64,000 nt of DNA, taken from a virus. Its lineage: Duplodnaviria > Caudoviricetes. Below the pieces are notes generated by a model that was not told the DNA's origin, made no database searches, and saw only the letters and a program-made list of their open reading frames with translations. The DNA is taken from positions 2,723-66,722 of the IMG/VR virus record IMGVR_UViG_3300010050_000018. One strand, 5' to 3'. Below, piece after piece: positions 8,344-16,866 of this stretch. Position 1 is the stretch's first letter. Each line of letters starts with the position of its first letter. Made by a program: the position numbers and the translations under genes.

Positions 8344-9038
8344 TCGAGACCGATCTCATCGACGATGGCAGTCGTCGCGCTCTTGCCGGACAGACCCGCC
8401 GGCGGCTCCACGGCATGCAGGGGCGGCGTCTTCGCGAAATGCACCCGAGCCTCAGGGAGCATCCCTGCGGCGTGAAGACGTCGAAAAATCTCCAGCGCTG
8501 CCCTGGCATCGCCACCGGCCGTGTGGATCGCCTCATGGTGGTCGATGCCGAAATGGGCGCAGACATCAGCCAGGCTCGGGAAGCCACCGCGACCGTTGGC
8601 CTTCTTGATCTTCAGCGCCATCGAGGCGCGCATCACGCAGATGTTCGGGGTTTTGTGGAACCGATCGTCCATGCCGGCGCGGCGGAGCTCGCCGCGCATC
8701 TGCTTGCAATCGAACTGGGCGTTGAAGGCGACGATGACGTAGCCGGCGTCGATGACGCGCACATACTGGTCGAGCACTTCGACAACATCGGCGCCGTTCT
8801 CGGCAAGGAAATCGTCGGTGAGACCATTCACGGCCTGCGCCTCGGGCTCCATCTTCCAGCCGTCGGGTTTGACATAAAGATCAATCGCACGCTCTTCATG
8901 GAGCTGCTCGTCGATCAAGATCATGCCGAGATGTGCGAGACGTGGCTGCGACGGATCGTCGGCCGGCACCGGGACGCCGGCGGCATCCTTGTACCGGAAA
9001 AGACCCGATGTTTCCGTGTCGATCACTGCGTATCGCAT
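8322..9038 (-). CDS. DnaQ-like DEDDh 3'-5' exonuclease
   Basis: VIDTETSGL, VAFNAQFD, HTAGGDARA; ends AIPERF. Confidence 0.9.
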   Translation of the reverse strand: MRYAVIDTETSGLFRYKDAAGVPVPADDPSQPRLAHLGMILIDEQLHEERAIDLYVKPDGWKMEPEAQAVNGLTDDFLAENGADVVEVLDQYVRVIDAGYVIVAFNAQFDCKQMRGELRRAGMDDRFHKTPNICVMRASMALKIKKANGRGGFPSLADVCAHFGIDHHEAIHTAGGDARAALEIFRRLHAAGMLPEARVHFAKTPPLHAVEPPAGLSGKSATTAIVDEIGLEAIPERF

Positions 9039-9700
9039 TTTCGTGTCCACTTCCTCAGTTGGGATGGGTTGGTGCGCCTCACGGCGTACAAAACGGCGCT
9101 GTCGGTGATGCCGAATTCGAGCCCGGTTTTGCGTGGCGAGCGCGTCAGCGCATGGGATGCGGCTATTGCTATGTCGCGTTCGACATTTCGACTCGGGTGA
9201 GGTTTTTCCCCGCGCGCGACCGCTGCATTGTGGGCGGCCAAGTTTTCCGGGAAGGACACGCGCCTACGGCGCCCTTCTGCGTAGGCGGCCCGAACACCTT
9301 CACCGATTTTTGCCTTGGATTCTGCATCATGCGGGATGCCGGCCCGGTATTGATTGCCGGAAAGGCTAGCGCTGATCTTCCCACGAGCTTCGGCAGACAT
9401 CGTCAAACCGAGACGCGACGAAGCGTTCACAGCGCGGTTGTAGAGACGCCCCTTAAAGGAATCGAGCCAAGCCTGTTCGCGCTCAACAAGGAGCCGTTCG
9501 TCTTCGACTGTCTCCAGGATCGACGTGACAAGGTTGTCGAGGCCATACTTGTTGGCCGCGCGCTGAAGTAAAATTGAGTGGTGCTTGCCATGCGCCAGCA
9601 GATGTCGGTGCGCGTTCAAGCGAGATCGGTAGCTGCGCGCCGACCCGATGTACTGCCTGTCAGCGCCGACAAACGTGATGGAATAAATGACACCCATCAC
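9023..9700 (-). CDS. Free-standing GIY-YIG homing endonuclease with NUMOD3-like motifs
   Basis: GVIYSIT...YIGSA...R..H; REQAWLD; LYN; MSAEARGKISASLSGN and HDAESKAKIGEG repeats. Confidence 0.88.
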   Translation of the reverse strand: MMGVIYSITFVGADRQYIGSARSYRSRLNAHRHLLAHGKHHSILLQRAANKYGLDNLVTSILETVEDERLLVEREQAWLDSFKGRLYNRAVNASSRLGLTMSAEARGKISASLSGNQYRAGIPHDAESKAKIGEGVRAAYAEGRRRRVSFPENLAAHNAAVARGEKPHPSRNVERDIAIAASHALTRSPRKTGLEFGITDSAVLYAVRRTNPSQLRKWTRKCDTQ

Positions 9701-10056
9701 GCCGCTCCGATGGTTGCGGGTTCAGGATCGATGGCGTCTGGTTCGTCTGCGTCGACCTCGATCCGGAAGCCGGCTATTGCCGTGGCGAGGGCAAAGATCG
9801 TGAGCGGGTCGGTGATCGCCCGCATGTCGCCATCGAGGACCCGCTCCGCGAGATCGACGGCACCGCTGACACTGACCGGCCCCACGATGACACGACCTTG
9901 CTCGTCGGCGAGCAGCAGCTCGCCAGCCGCGTAGGGCACCTCGACGCCGCCATCCTTGGTCAGCACCTTCGTGGTGCCCGGTGCCGCCGCCGACATCAGC
10001 TGGCGCATGCCGCCGTGATAGACATCGATGCCGATGCCATGGATTTCCTTGGTCAT
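9697..10056 (-). CDS. Hypothetical protein
   Basis: Coupled ORF, ATGA overlaps. Confidence 0.7.
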   Translation of the reverse strand: MTKEIHGIGIDVYHGGMRQLMSAAAPGTTKVLTKDGGVEVPYAAGELLLADEQGRVIVGPVSVSGAVDLAERVLDGDMRAITDPLTIFALATAIAGFRIEVDADEPDAIDPEPATIGAA

Positions 10057-10196
10057 TTCGCCCTCACGAGCTTGATCTTCCTGATGTGCGCGGCGTGGCG
10101 TTTTTCGGCTTCGGCCCGCGCCGCCCTGGCGTCGGCGGCGGGGATGTCGATCGTGGTGCCGTCGGCGAAATGGACCCTGAACGTCGGGGCGCTCAT
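10053..10196 (-). CDS. Small hypothetical protein (47 aa)
   Basis: Manual translation MSAPTFRVHFADGTTIDIPAADARAARAEAEKRHAAHIRKIKLVRAK; fills gap with ATGA overlaps at both ends. Confidence 0.65.
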   Translation of the reverse strand: MSAPTFRVHFADGTTIDIPAADARAARAEAEKRHAAHIRKIKLVRAK

Positions 10197-10609
10197 GACC
10201 GGATGTCCCCGTGCACCTGGATCGGGACCTGGACGGCCTCGCGTCTCGGAATGCTCCGCACGTTCATCGGTGCTTCTTGGCTCGCTTGGTTGGGTTCCAA
10301 CGCAACCAAGGCGTCCTGGCTCGACCGGATCAGCCGCTTTCTGGTCTCGATCTCGTGGTCGGCGCCGCGCGTTGTCGCGTCGATCTGCGCTAGGATGCCG
10401 GCGCGCCGTGCCTCGAATTCGCGGGTGGCCTCGGCGAGTTCGGCGTCCAGGCGCCGGAGCGTGACATCGCGGTCACGCTCCATCGTCAGGACGGCACGTT
10501 CGTTGCGGCTGATCGCGTCGTGGTGAATCCTGGCCTGCTTGGCGATCGGATCATCAGACGGTGGCTGGCTGCGCAGTGCCGCGCAAACACTCTCTCCCCT
10601 CTCGTCCAT
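10193..10609 (-). CDS. Coiled-coil hypothetical protein
   Basis: GAGGAG RBS; helical composition. Confidence 0.65.
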   Translation of the reverse strand: MDERGESVCAALRSQPPSDDPIAKQARIHHDAISRNERAVLTMERDRDVTLRRLDAELAEATREFEARRAGILAQIDATTRGADHEIETRKRLIRSSQDALVALEPNQASQEAPMNVRSIPRREAVQVPIQVHGDIRS

Positions 10610-10614
10610 GGCGA

Positions 10615-11805
10615 TTACTCGGCCTCCTCTGAGCCCGGCTCAGGTGCATCTGCTTCGGCTTCGTCATCGAAGCCGGCGAGATAGGCTTCTAGCTCGGCCT
10701 TGCGGTCGTCAGCCTTCAGGCCAGCCGGCACAGCGTTGCGGCCGAGGCCACGGCGGTAAGCCGCCCTGCCCTTCCGGGTCGCCACGACGATAGGGTCGCC
10801 GTCGTCCGACGGGGTGGGGGGCGAGGGGTCGCCGGACGACGGCTGTTGCCCGGTAGCAGTCGCAGCCTTCGGCGTTGATGCCTGCTTTCCGGACTCGGAG
10901 CCGGTGGAGGAGCCGGCTTCCGAATTCTTGGGCGCTCCTGCGGCGCCATCCTTGTTCTTGTCGGCGGCGAGCTGCTCGAGCCGCCCTTTGAGGCTGCCCG
11001 GCTTCTCGCCGGGCTGGCGCTTGACTGGGAACATCTCCTCGACAGTGGCCTCACCGCTGCGAAGGGCCTGGTGCATGCCGATCAGCGTGATGTACTGGTC
11101 TGGGCCGATATCATCGACGCCCGCGATTCCGAGGGCCTCGAATAGCTGTTCCGGCTTGACGCCGAATGCGGCAAAGGCCTTCAGGGCATCCTCGCGCTTT
11201 TCCGCCATGGTCATGATGTCGCCGACAAGGACCTGCTCGACGGCCGCATAGGCCCGGCGCCAAACCGCCTTGGGGACACCGCCCAGGATCGCGTTGCGCT
11301 TCGCGATGGACGCAGCCGCGTTGCCGGTGACGATGATCATGTCCTCGGTGAGGAGCCGATTTTCTTTGTCGGACAGCCGCCGGCGGACTCTGGATGTCGT
11401 CGCCGAATTCGTCTCGAGGTCATGGAATATGCCTTCGGCCTCGACGTATTTTTCGATGCGGTCGACATGGACGACACGGGTGCCGGTGCGATTGTTCCCC
11501 CATTGGCTCTGGATGATCTCGGCGAGACGGATCGACGGTCCCCGGATGGGCTTGTTGCCACGCGGAAGCGCATAGATGCACTCCTTCGCGGTTTCCTCGT
11601 CGAGAGTGGCCAGCGCCAGAATGTTCTTAACAGCGCGATCGACGCTGCGCGGATAAGCATGGGCTGTGGTGATCTGCTGGTCGACCTCGGCCATGGCCAT
11701 GCTGACGGCGAGGCTTTGGTTTCCGGTCTGGTATCCGGCTGGCAGGCCGGTCGTGAGCTCGCCGGTTTCTGGATCGTGGGGCGGCGTGCGTGCGGGTATG
11801 TTCAT
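10615..11805 (-). CDS. Putative ssDNA-annealing (RecT-like) recombination protein
   Basis: EVDQQITTAHAYPRS...CIYALPRGNKPIRGPSIRLAE...WGN motif; same operon as YqaJ exonuclease. Confidence 0.65.
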   Translation of the reverse strand: MNIPARTPPHDPETGELTTGLPAGYQTGNQSLAVSMAMAEVDQQITTAHAYPRSVDRAVKNILALATLDEETAKECIYALPRGNKPIRGPSIRLAEIIQSQWGNNRTGTRVVHVDRIEKYVEAEGIFHDLETNSATTSRVRRRLSDKENRLLTEDMIIVTGNAAASIAKRNAILGGVPKAVWRRAYAAVEQVLVGDIMTMAEKREDALKAFAAFGVKPEQLFEALGIAGVDDIGPDQYITLIGMHQALRSGEATVEEMFPVKRQPGEKPGSLKGRLEQLAADKNKDGAAGAPKNSEAGSSTGSESGKQASTPKAATATGQQPSSGDPSPPTPSDDGDPIVVATRKGRAAYRRGLGRNAVPAGLKADDRKAELEAYLAGFDDEAEADAPEPGSEEAE

Positions 11806-11833
11806 CGCAATGGTCTCCTGTTACCGGGGCCGA

Positions 11834-12631
11834 TCAGCCGCGGATCTGGGTTTTGGTCTCAGGCATGAAATCGACGCCGGCGAGTGGGGCGGTGCCCTTG
11901 TTCTGCTTCGCGTAGGCCGCCAGTGCCCTATCGATTGCCTCGACGTTGAAGGGGCCGTATCCGCGCAGCTTGTTGAGATCGATCTTCGAGTAATCGGTGA
12001 CCCGGTAGGTCCAGGACGTGCGCTGCGAAACCGTGCCGGCCTCGGTGCGCGTCGGACCTTTGCCGGCGGTCAATGCTGCGTTTTCGAGCACCGCCGCCTT
12101 GTTCTCGGCGGTGGATGCCTCCTGCAGTGCGATGTCGGACAAAACCGAGTGGCCGGATGCTGCGGCCTCGTCGAGCTTGCGATTGGCAAGGGCCCTGGCC
12201 GCGTCGGCCTCGGCAGCAGCCTTCCGCTTTTCTGCCTCGCGCTTCTCGTTGTCGTACCGGCCGACGACAGTGTCGGCGAACTTCTTCATCAAGTTGCAGC
12301 GGTACTTCAGTGAGCCCTCAACCGGCTTGTCGGTGCCGAAGAGGCTGTTCCATTCGTTGACCTCGATGCGCAGCGGCTCGATGACTTTGGCGCGCTTCTC
12401 GTCGATCGACGCCGCCAGTTTGGCAGCGGTCACACCGATCTGGATGAAGGTGTCGCGCTCGTTGTCATTTGCGATGACGTCGGCCGAGAGTTCCGCTCGA
12501 GCGCCGTTGGCGCGCGTCGCCAGAGCTTCGACGTCGTCGATGAGGTCCTTGAACCGATCCCGGAAGACATCGGCAGTGGTCGCGAGGTTGTGTCCTGGTC
12601 CCGCTATGGATGGGGCGTCAGAAACCTGCAT
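11834..12631 (-). CDS. Coiled-coil recombination-module protein (Gam/Gp157-like position)
   Basis: PGHN N-terminus, long helical body; lies between exonuclease and annealing protein. Confidence 0.6.
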   Translation of the reverse strand: MQVSDAPSIAGPGHNLATTADVFRDRFKDLIDDVEALATRANGARAELSADVIANDNERDTFIQIGVTAAKLAASIDEKRAKVIEPLRIEVNEWNSLFGTDKPVEGSLKYRCNLMKKFADTVVGRYDNEKREAEKRKAAAEADAARALANRKLDEAAASGHSVLSDIALQEASTAENKAAVLENAALTAGKGPTRTEAGTVSQRTSWTYRVTDYSKIDLNKLRGYGPFNVEAIDRALAAYAKQNKGTAPLAGVDFMPETKTQIRG

Positions 12632-13571
12632 TGAGGTTCTCCCTTGGCTTGATGCGCAACACGCGCGTTGCGGTGCCGTCGCCGCGCACCGATGTCCGGG
12701 CGCTGAGCGACCAGCGTTCGGTTTCTCCGATCTCGGCGGTGCCGAGGACGTGGAAGATCATTGCGCGGAGCCGGGCCGCGACTGCGGCCTGCTGCGTCTC
12801 CGTCGCCTTGGCCTGGACGTATTGGCCGGCGAGATCGTCGACGGCCGGATCATTGGTGAGATCCTTCCGTTCCGGCAAGCTCTGCCGGAGGACATCGAGA
12901 ACAGCGTCGGCGTCTCGATCCCAGTCCGGATCAGGGGTCCGGCCGCTGGCGATCATTTCCCAGAAGGCGTCGACCTTCTCGACGAGCCGTTCCCAGAACA
13001 GGAAATTGTCGAGCGGGATGTCGATGATGGGTTCTAAACGGAACGTGCCGCGCCTCGTCAGCACCACCACGGCAACACAGGCCCAAGGGCATTTCGTCAG
13101 CGTGGCTTCAATGATCGCCTGAATCGCGATCCAAGTCGGCGGGATGATGGCGCCGTCTTCCGGATCGACTTCCCAGAATTTCTCGAAGGCGTCCTCGGAG
13201 ACGCTCTTGATCTGCATGATGCCGGTGCCGCGCCTGTCGGGGCGGACGACGAAAGCATCCGGTGTCGCCCCAATGCGGGTGTCGGGATCACGGTAGTAGA
13301 CCGGGTTCTCGCCGTCGTAGCCGATGACCCAAGCCGGATGACGCTTCTGCACCATCTTGACGACGACGGGTTCCATCAGGATCCCGCGCTCCATGGCATC
13401 AGAAGGTTCACCGTCGGGCGACCGCCGGCCCGTCTTCTCGGCCCACAGCTCGTAGAGCGACATGTAGGGGTCGACGCCGAACAGGGCGCCGGCCACGCTC
13501 GCGGTGACGTCTTGGGTGCGCGCGGCAAGCCAGGCCACGCGGTCGGCTGGACGGATGACCTCGATCGTCAT
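12618..13571 (-). CDS. YqaJ / lambda-exonuclease family viral recombinase
   Basis: WLAARTQDVTASVAGALFGVDPYMSLYELWAEKTG; GILME; ATPDA; QIKS; WIAIQ. Confidence 0.92.
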   Translation of the reverse strand: MTIEVIRPADRVAWLAARTQDVTASVAGALFGVDPYMSLYELWAEKTGRRSPDGEPSDAMERGILMEPVVVKMVQKRHPAWVIGYDGENPVYYRDPDTRIGATPDAFVVRPDRRGTGIMQIKSVSEDAFEKFWEVDPEDGAIIPPTWIAIQAIIEATLTKCPWACVAVVVLTRRGTFRLEPIIDIPLDNFLFWERLVEKVDAFWEMIASGRTPDPDWDRDADAVLDVLRQSLPERKDLTNDPAVDDLAGQYVQAKATETQQAAVAARLRAMIFHVLGTAEIGETERWSLSARTSVRGDGTATRVLRIKPRENLNAGF

Positions 13572-13870
13572 GCCGCCCTCCCCGACCCACGCTTGCTGCG
13601 CTGACGCCACTCGCCATCTGGAACGGCACGGCAGAGATAGGAGCGGATGCTGCTCTTCGGGACCTGGCGACCAAGCGCTTTGAATATCGCATCGACGTCC
13701 GGATTGTCGCGGTATGCAGCCAGCACGCGCTGGCGCTGCGTCACGATACGGGCGAGGCCTAGCTTGGCAACGTTGGCGTCGTCGAGCACCACCGGCAGAC
13801 CTGCCCCATGCAACATGTCGCGGACTTCGCTGTCGGTAAAACGGGTGAACGGGCTCTCCATCATGCCCAC
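13568..13870 (-). CDS. Hypothetical protein
   Basis: Coupled ORF. Confidence 0.6.
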   Translation of the reverse strand: MGMMESPFTRFTDSEVRDMLHGAGLPVVLDDANVAKLGLARIVTQRQRVLAAYRDNPDVDAIFKALGRQVPKSSIRSYLCRAVPDGEWRQRSKRGSGRAA

Positions 13871-14154
13871 CCCTCAAGGTACTTGCAGATCGCGTCGTAG
13901 ATTTGCCTGCGCTCATCGCGCGTTTCGGGTTCAAAGCCGCTACCTGCCGGCCAGCCCTCGACCTCCATCGCCATCTTGGCGGCGTCGAGCAACTGCTCAA
14001 CGCAATCGGTGCCGAAGGGGCCGGCCATCGAGCCATCTCCTTCACGGGCGAACCGCAGCAGTTCAGCGCATGCATCGGCTGACTGTGATGCTGCAGCGAT
14101 CGCGAGGTCTCGGTTTCTGATTTCGGCTTCTGTGGTCGGGGCGATGTCGATCAT
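13861..14154 (-). CDS. Hypothetical protein
   Basis: Coupled ORF, acidic helical. Confidence 0.7.
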   Translation of the reverse strand: MIDIAPTTEAEIRNRDLAIAAASQSADACAELLRFAREGDGSMAGPFGTDCVEQLLDAAKMAMEVEGWPAGSGFEPETRDERRQIYDAICKYLEGWA

Positions 14155-14297
14155 TGCCGCACCTGTCGGCGGATGTGGCAGTGGCCGAGCCGGCGCCAGA
14201 ATGCCTCGTACCGATCGGCATCGACCAGTTCGGCAAACCGCCGCTCGAACATCGGCGACGGCGGCATCGTCAGCGCAAAAATGGTGATCGTGATCAT
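14151..14297 (-). CDS. Small hypothetical protein (48 aa)
   Basis: Manual translation MITITIFALTMPPSPMFERRF...RQVRQ; ATGA overlaps on both sides. Confidence 0.5.
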   Translation of the reverse strand: MITITIFALTMPPSPMFERRFAELVDADRYEAFWRRLGHCHIRRQVRQ

Positions 14298-14485
14298 GAC
14301 CGGACCTCGCCGGTCTTGGGCTTGCGGTAGCCGAGGCGGACCTCGAAGGTCTTGACGACCTCGGCGAGCTGCTGCTGGCGGTTCATGCCGTTTCGCTTCG
14401 CCCAGTTCAGGACGACGAAGGCGTCGTCGGCGAGCGCGAGAAGCTGTCCGCTGCTGAGGCGAGTGGTCAGGGATGGGGCGGCCAT
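14294..14485 (-). CDS. Small hypothetical protein
   Basis: Coupled ORF. Confidence 0.6.
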   Translation of the reverse strand: MAAPSLTTRLSSGQLLALADDAFVVLNWAKRNGMNRQQQLAEVVKTFEVRLGYRKPKTGEVRS

Positions 14486-14838
14486 CAGAGCACCGCCGCG
14501 ATCATGGCGATGGCAACAAGTCCGCCGGCGACAAGGACAAGCCGTTCAACGATGGTAAACATTGGCGCGGCTTCGACTGGCAGCGCCTCGTATGGCAACG
14601 CCTCGGACAGCGCGTAGTCGGCCGGTGCCGACTGTTCGAACGCCATGACATCGAGGTCGTCGAACAGGTCGCCGGGCCTGGGCTCGATCGAGGGGGCGTC
14701 GACGACCATGTGCCCGAAGACATGCCCGCGCCGCACCATCTCATCGACGAACCGCGCCGACGAAATCACGCCGAGATCGGACCAAGCGCGGAGCTGGCCA
14801 TCGGAAACATGCGACAGATCAACATACTCGCTCATCAC
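14485..14838 (-). CDS. Hypothetical protein with C-terminal hydrophobic segment
   Basis: Coupled ORF; ends LVLVAGGLVAIAMIAAVL. Confidence 0.6.
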   Translation of the reverse strand: MMSEYVDLSHVSDGQLRAWSDLGVISSARFVDEMVRRGHVFGHMVVDAPSIEPRPGDLFDDLDVMAFEQSAPADYALSEALPYEALPVEAAPMFTIVERLVLVAGGLVAIAMIAAVL

Positions 14839-15020
14839 AGCGTCTCCTCGATGCGGGTGATCTGCTGCTGGATGTGGTCGACGAGGATCTTCGCAGCGGT
14901 CGTCTCGAGCTTGCGGCGGACGAAATCGTCGATCATGTCGGCGCAGACCAGGGCACGTTCCGCACGGCTGAGATCCGCCCTGAGGTCTTCCAGCGTTGGC
15001 GCGATTGAGGGCGCGTCCAT
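14835..15020 (-). CDS. Small coiled-coil protein
   Basis: MDAPSIAPTLEDLRADLSRAERAL... Confidence 0.6.
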   Translation of the reverse strand: MDAPSIAPTLEDLRADLSRAERALVCADMIDDFVRRKLETTAAKILVDHIQQQITRIEETL

Positions 15021-15021
15021 G

Positions 15022-15330
15022 TCAGCGGCCCTCCGCTGCGTTGATAGCCGCATGGATGGCATGCGCCGTTCGGGCATAGGGAAAATGCTCGGCGCCAGCA
15101 GGTATGCCATCCAGTGGCCAGCAGGGTGCGACCAGTTTCAGCGCCGCCAGCATTGTCGGGGCGGCCTGCTCACGGGTGATCGCCAGGCGCAGGCCGGCAA
15201 GGATGTCGGTGACGTTGTCCAGGAGCGGATCGCCCTCGAAGCCGCTGATGAAGGCTTCGGCTTGAACCAGTGCGTCAATGGTGTCGTTGGCGTCGTCGGC
15301 GCCGAGCGGGATGGCGACGGCGGCGATCAT
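15022..15330 (-). CDS. Hypothetical protein
   Basis: Start MIAAVA in TGATG overlap with preceding ORF. Confidence 0.6.
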   Translation of the reverse strand: MIAAVAIPLGADDANDTIDALVQAEAFISGFEGDPLLDNVTDILAGLRLAITREQAAPTMLAALKLVAPCWPLDGIPAGAEHFPYARTAHAIHAAINAAEGR

Positions 15331-15482
15331 CAGAACCACCCCTTGATAGCCTCGGCGCCACAGGCCGAGAGGATGGTCCAGGTCGCCGGGAAGATCAGGA
15401 AGGCGAAGAACGCCTTGCCGAGGTCAGACATCAGTCCGGCCAGATCGTCGGTTTCGGGGTGGCGTCGTGGGGTCGTTGGCAT
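15330..15482 (-). CDS. First gene of PL operon, 50-aa membrane protein
   Basis: AAGGAG RBS; MPTTPRRHPETDDLAGLMSDLGKAFFAFLIFPATWTILSACAEAIKGWF (manual translation). Confidence 0.6.
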   Translation of the reverse strand: MPTTPRRHPETDDLAGLMSDLGKAFFAFLIFPATWTILSACGAEAIKGWF

Positions 15483-15502
15483 CGGATTTCTCCTTTGCCC
15501 CA

Positions 15503-15531
15503 AGACTTTCCCAAAACGGGGAAGTCGTCAA
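15503..15531 (-). promoter_or_regulatory. Putative PL promoter TTGACG-N17-AAGTCT with operator TTCCCAAAACGGGGAA (15508-15523) in spacer
   Basis: Same architecture as PR; directly upstream of the first leftward gene. Confidence 0.7.
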
Positions 15532-15540
15532 GTCCTTCAG

Positions 15541-15556
15541 TTCCCATTATGGGGAA
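15541..15556. promoter_or_regulatory. Repressor operator TTCCCATTATGGGGAA
   Basis: Semi-palindrome, 15/16 identical to operator at 16621. Confidence 0.8.
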
Positions 15557-15611
15557 TATTTTTTTGGGCGCCTTTCCCGGTCGGGAAGCATGCGCTCGCG
15601 CGGAAGTGCTA

Positions 15612-15772
15612 GTCCTGATTCGTAGAGCGCTGCAGCAGTGGGTGCGAAAGCACCCACACTGAGAAGCAGCGGGACACAGATTCGGTGAAAGGTTGAGCTC
15701 GACGAGAATCGTAGAACGAGACTTGAGAGGTCTAAACGTAGAGCTCTATGTTAGAAGTTTATACTCACCGGG
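15612..15772 (+). ncRNA. Candidate structured non-coding RNA between PL and cI 3' end
   Basis: Nested helices, GAAA tetraloop, G-U pair and A-rich loops favouring the + strand; no convincing ORF. Confidence 0.4.
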
Positions 15773-15825
15773 CGCGTGCGTGAGGGCGCGCGGTTAGACC
15801 GCACGCCCCGCCGAAGTCAATGCGC

Positions 15826-16560
15826 TCACAGATGAATTTTTTGACCCTCGTCGAGATCAAAAATCGCCTTGCCGAAGAGACTGTATGACCCGGTCACATA
15901 GGCGATGATTCTGATCTCCTCGCCCTCGACGATACCGTCCTTGGGGATGACGATCGGCTTGTGGTGCGGGTTGGTCGACTCCGGCACCAGGGCGATGCCA
16001 CCAGGTTCTTCCCAGTATCGCTTGATCGTTCGTTCCCGCTCCTGGCCGTCGAACCGCATACGCTCGACCACGACGATATCGCCGGTTTCAATGGGCCTGT
16101 AGTGCTCGACGAAATCCACATAGTCGACGCCGACAGCAAACATCCCGTCATGGATGCCGGCCTTGTTCATGGAATCCCCGAGGACCTGCCAGACATACTG
16201 GCGGGCGCGGCGGTACCGCGGATCCGGCGATATCGCCACAGCCTGCGGCTCATGGTTGGCATGCAGCTCGACGTCGACGAAGACACCTGCCTGCGTTGTG
16301 CCGGCGTAAGGGAGAAATCCAGCGCTATCCGGCACCGACTGCGGGGCATCCCCATCCGATGACCACTCCTCGTCATCGGCGATGACAAACTGCACCGGAA
16401 CCCCGAATGCGCGCGATGCTCGAAGGATGTAGTCCTCGTTGAGGCGCCTCTCACCGCGCTCGAGCTTGATGTACTGGCCGCGCGAAATGCTCATCGCAGC
16501 AGCGGCGTCATCATGCGTCATCCCTTTGGATTCGCGGATTCTTTTGAGTTGATTACCCAT
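15826..16560 (-). CDS. cI: CI-like repressor, XRE HTH plus S24 peptidase
   Basis: LKRIRESKGMTHDDAAAAMSISRGQYIKLERGERR; AG site in TTQAGV; GDSM (Ser) and TIKR (Lys) dyad; start may be up to 16617. Confidence 0.93.
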   Translation of the reverse strand: MGNQLKRIRESKGMTHDDAAAAMSISRGQYIKLERGERRLNEDYILRASRAFGVPVQFVIADDEEWSSDGDAPQSVPDSAGFLPYAGTTQAGVFVDVELHANHEPQAVAISPDPRYRRARQYVWQVLGDSMNKAGIHDGMFAVGVDYVDFVEHYRPIETGDIVVVERMRFDGQERERTIKRYWEEPGGIALVPESTNPHHKPIVIPKDGIVEGEEIRIIAYVTGSYSLFGKAIFDLDEGQKIHL

Positions 16561-16568
16561 AACGGGAT
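16553..16568. promoter_or_regulatory. Degenerate operator overlapping cI start codon
   Basis: Reverse complement ATCCCGTTATGGGTAA matches TTCCCATTATGGGGAA at 13/16. Confidence 0.55.
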
Positions 16569-16610
16569 TTCTATCACGCACCGCTGCCGCGAACATTCCC
16601 CAAAATCCGC

Positions 16611-16640
16611 TTGACAATCTTTCCCATAATGGGGAAGTCT
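16611..16640 (+). promoter_or_regulatory. Putative PR promoter TTGACA-N18-AAGTCT with operator TTCCCATAATGGGGAA (16621-16636) in spacer
   Basis: Directly upstream of cro ATG with no RBS, implying leaderless mRNA. Confidence 0.75.
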
Positions 16641-16647
16641 AGCGGCC

Positions 16648-16866
16648 ATGAAACTTTCAGATTTCATCGAGCAGAATGGTTTGACCCACGAACAGATGGC
16701 CGAACGTGTCGGCGATTGCTCGGTGTCTGGCCTTCGAAAATGGCTTCGCGGCGAACGCGTGCCCAGGCCTGATCAGATGAGAAAGATTGCTGAAATCACG
16801 AACGGGCAGGTCAGCCCGAACGACTTCTATGGTTTCACGTCCCCTGCGCCTGAGGCTGCCGAATGA
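16648..16866 (+). CDS. cro: Cro-like HTH repressor
   Basis: Divergent from cI; LTHEQMAERVG...SVSGLRKWLRGERVPRPDQMRKIAEITNGQV. Confidence 0.9.
   Translation: MKLSDFIEQNGLTHEQMAERVGDCSVSGLRKWLRGERVPRPDQMRKIAEITNGQVSPNDFYGFTSPAPEAAE

Noticed and set aside
13572-14075. N-terminal extension of the 485-aa YqaJ ORF
   Set aside because: Overlaps two coupled genes; the family motif begins at MTIEVIR (13571).
15612-15772. Hammerhead ribozyme reading (CTGAT... and GAAA present)
   Set aside because: Core CUGANGA and GAAA are not placed correctly relative to the stems; kept only as an unassigned structured RNA.
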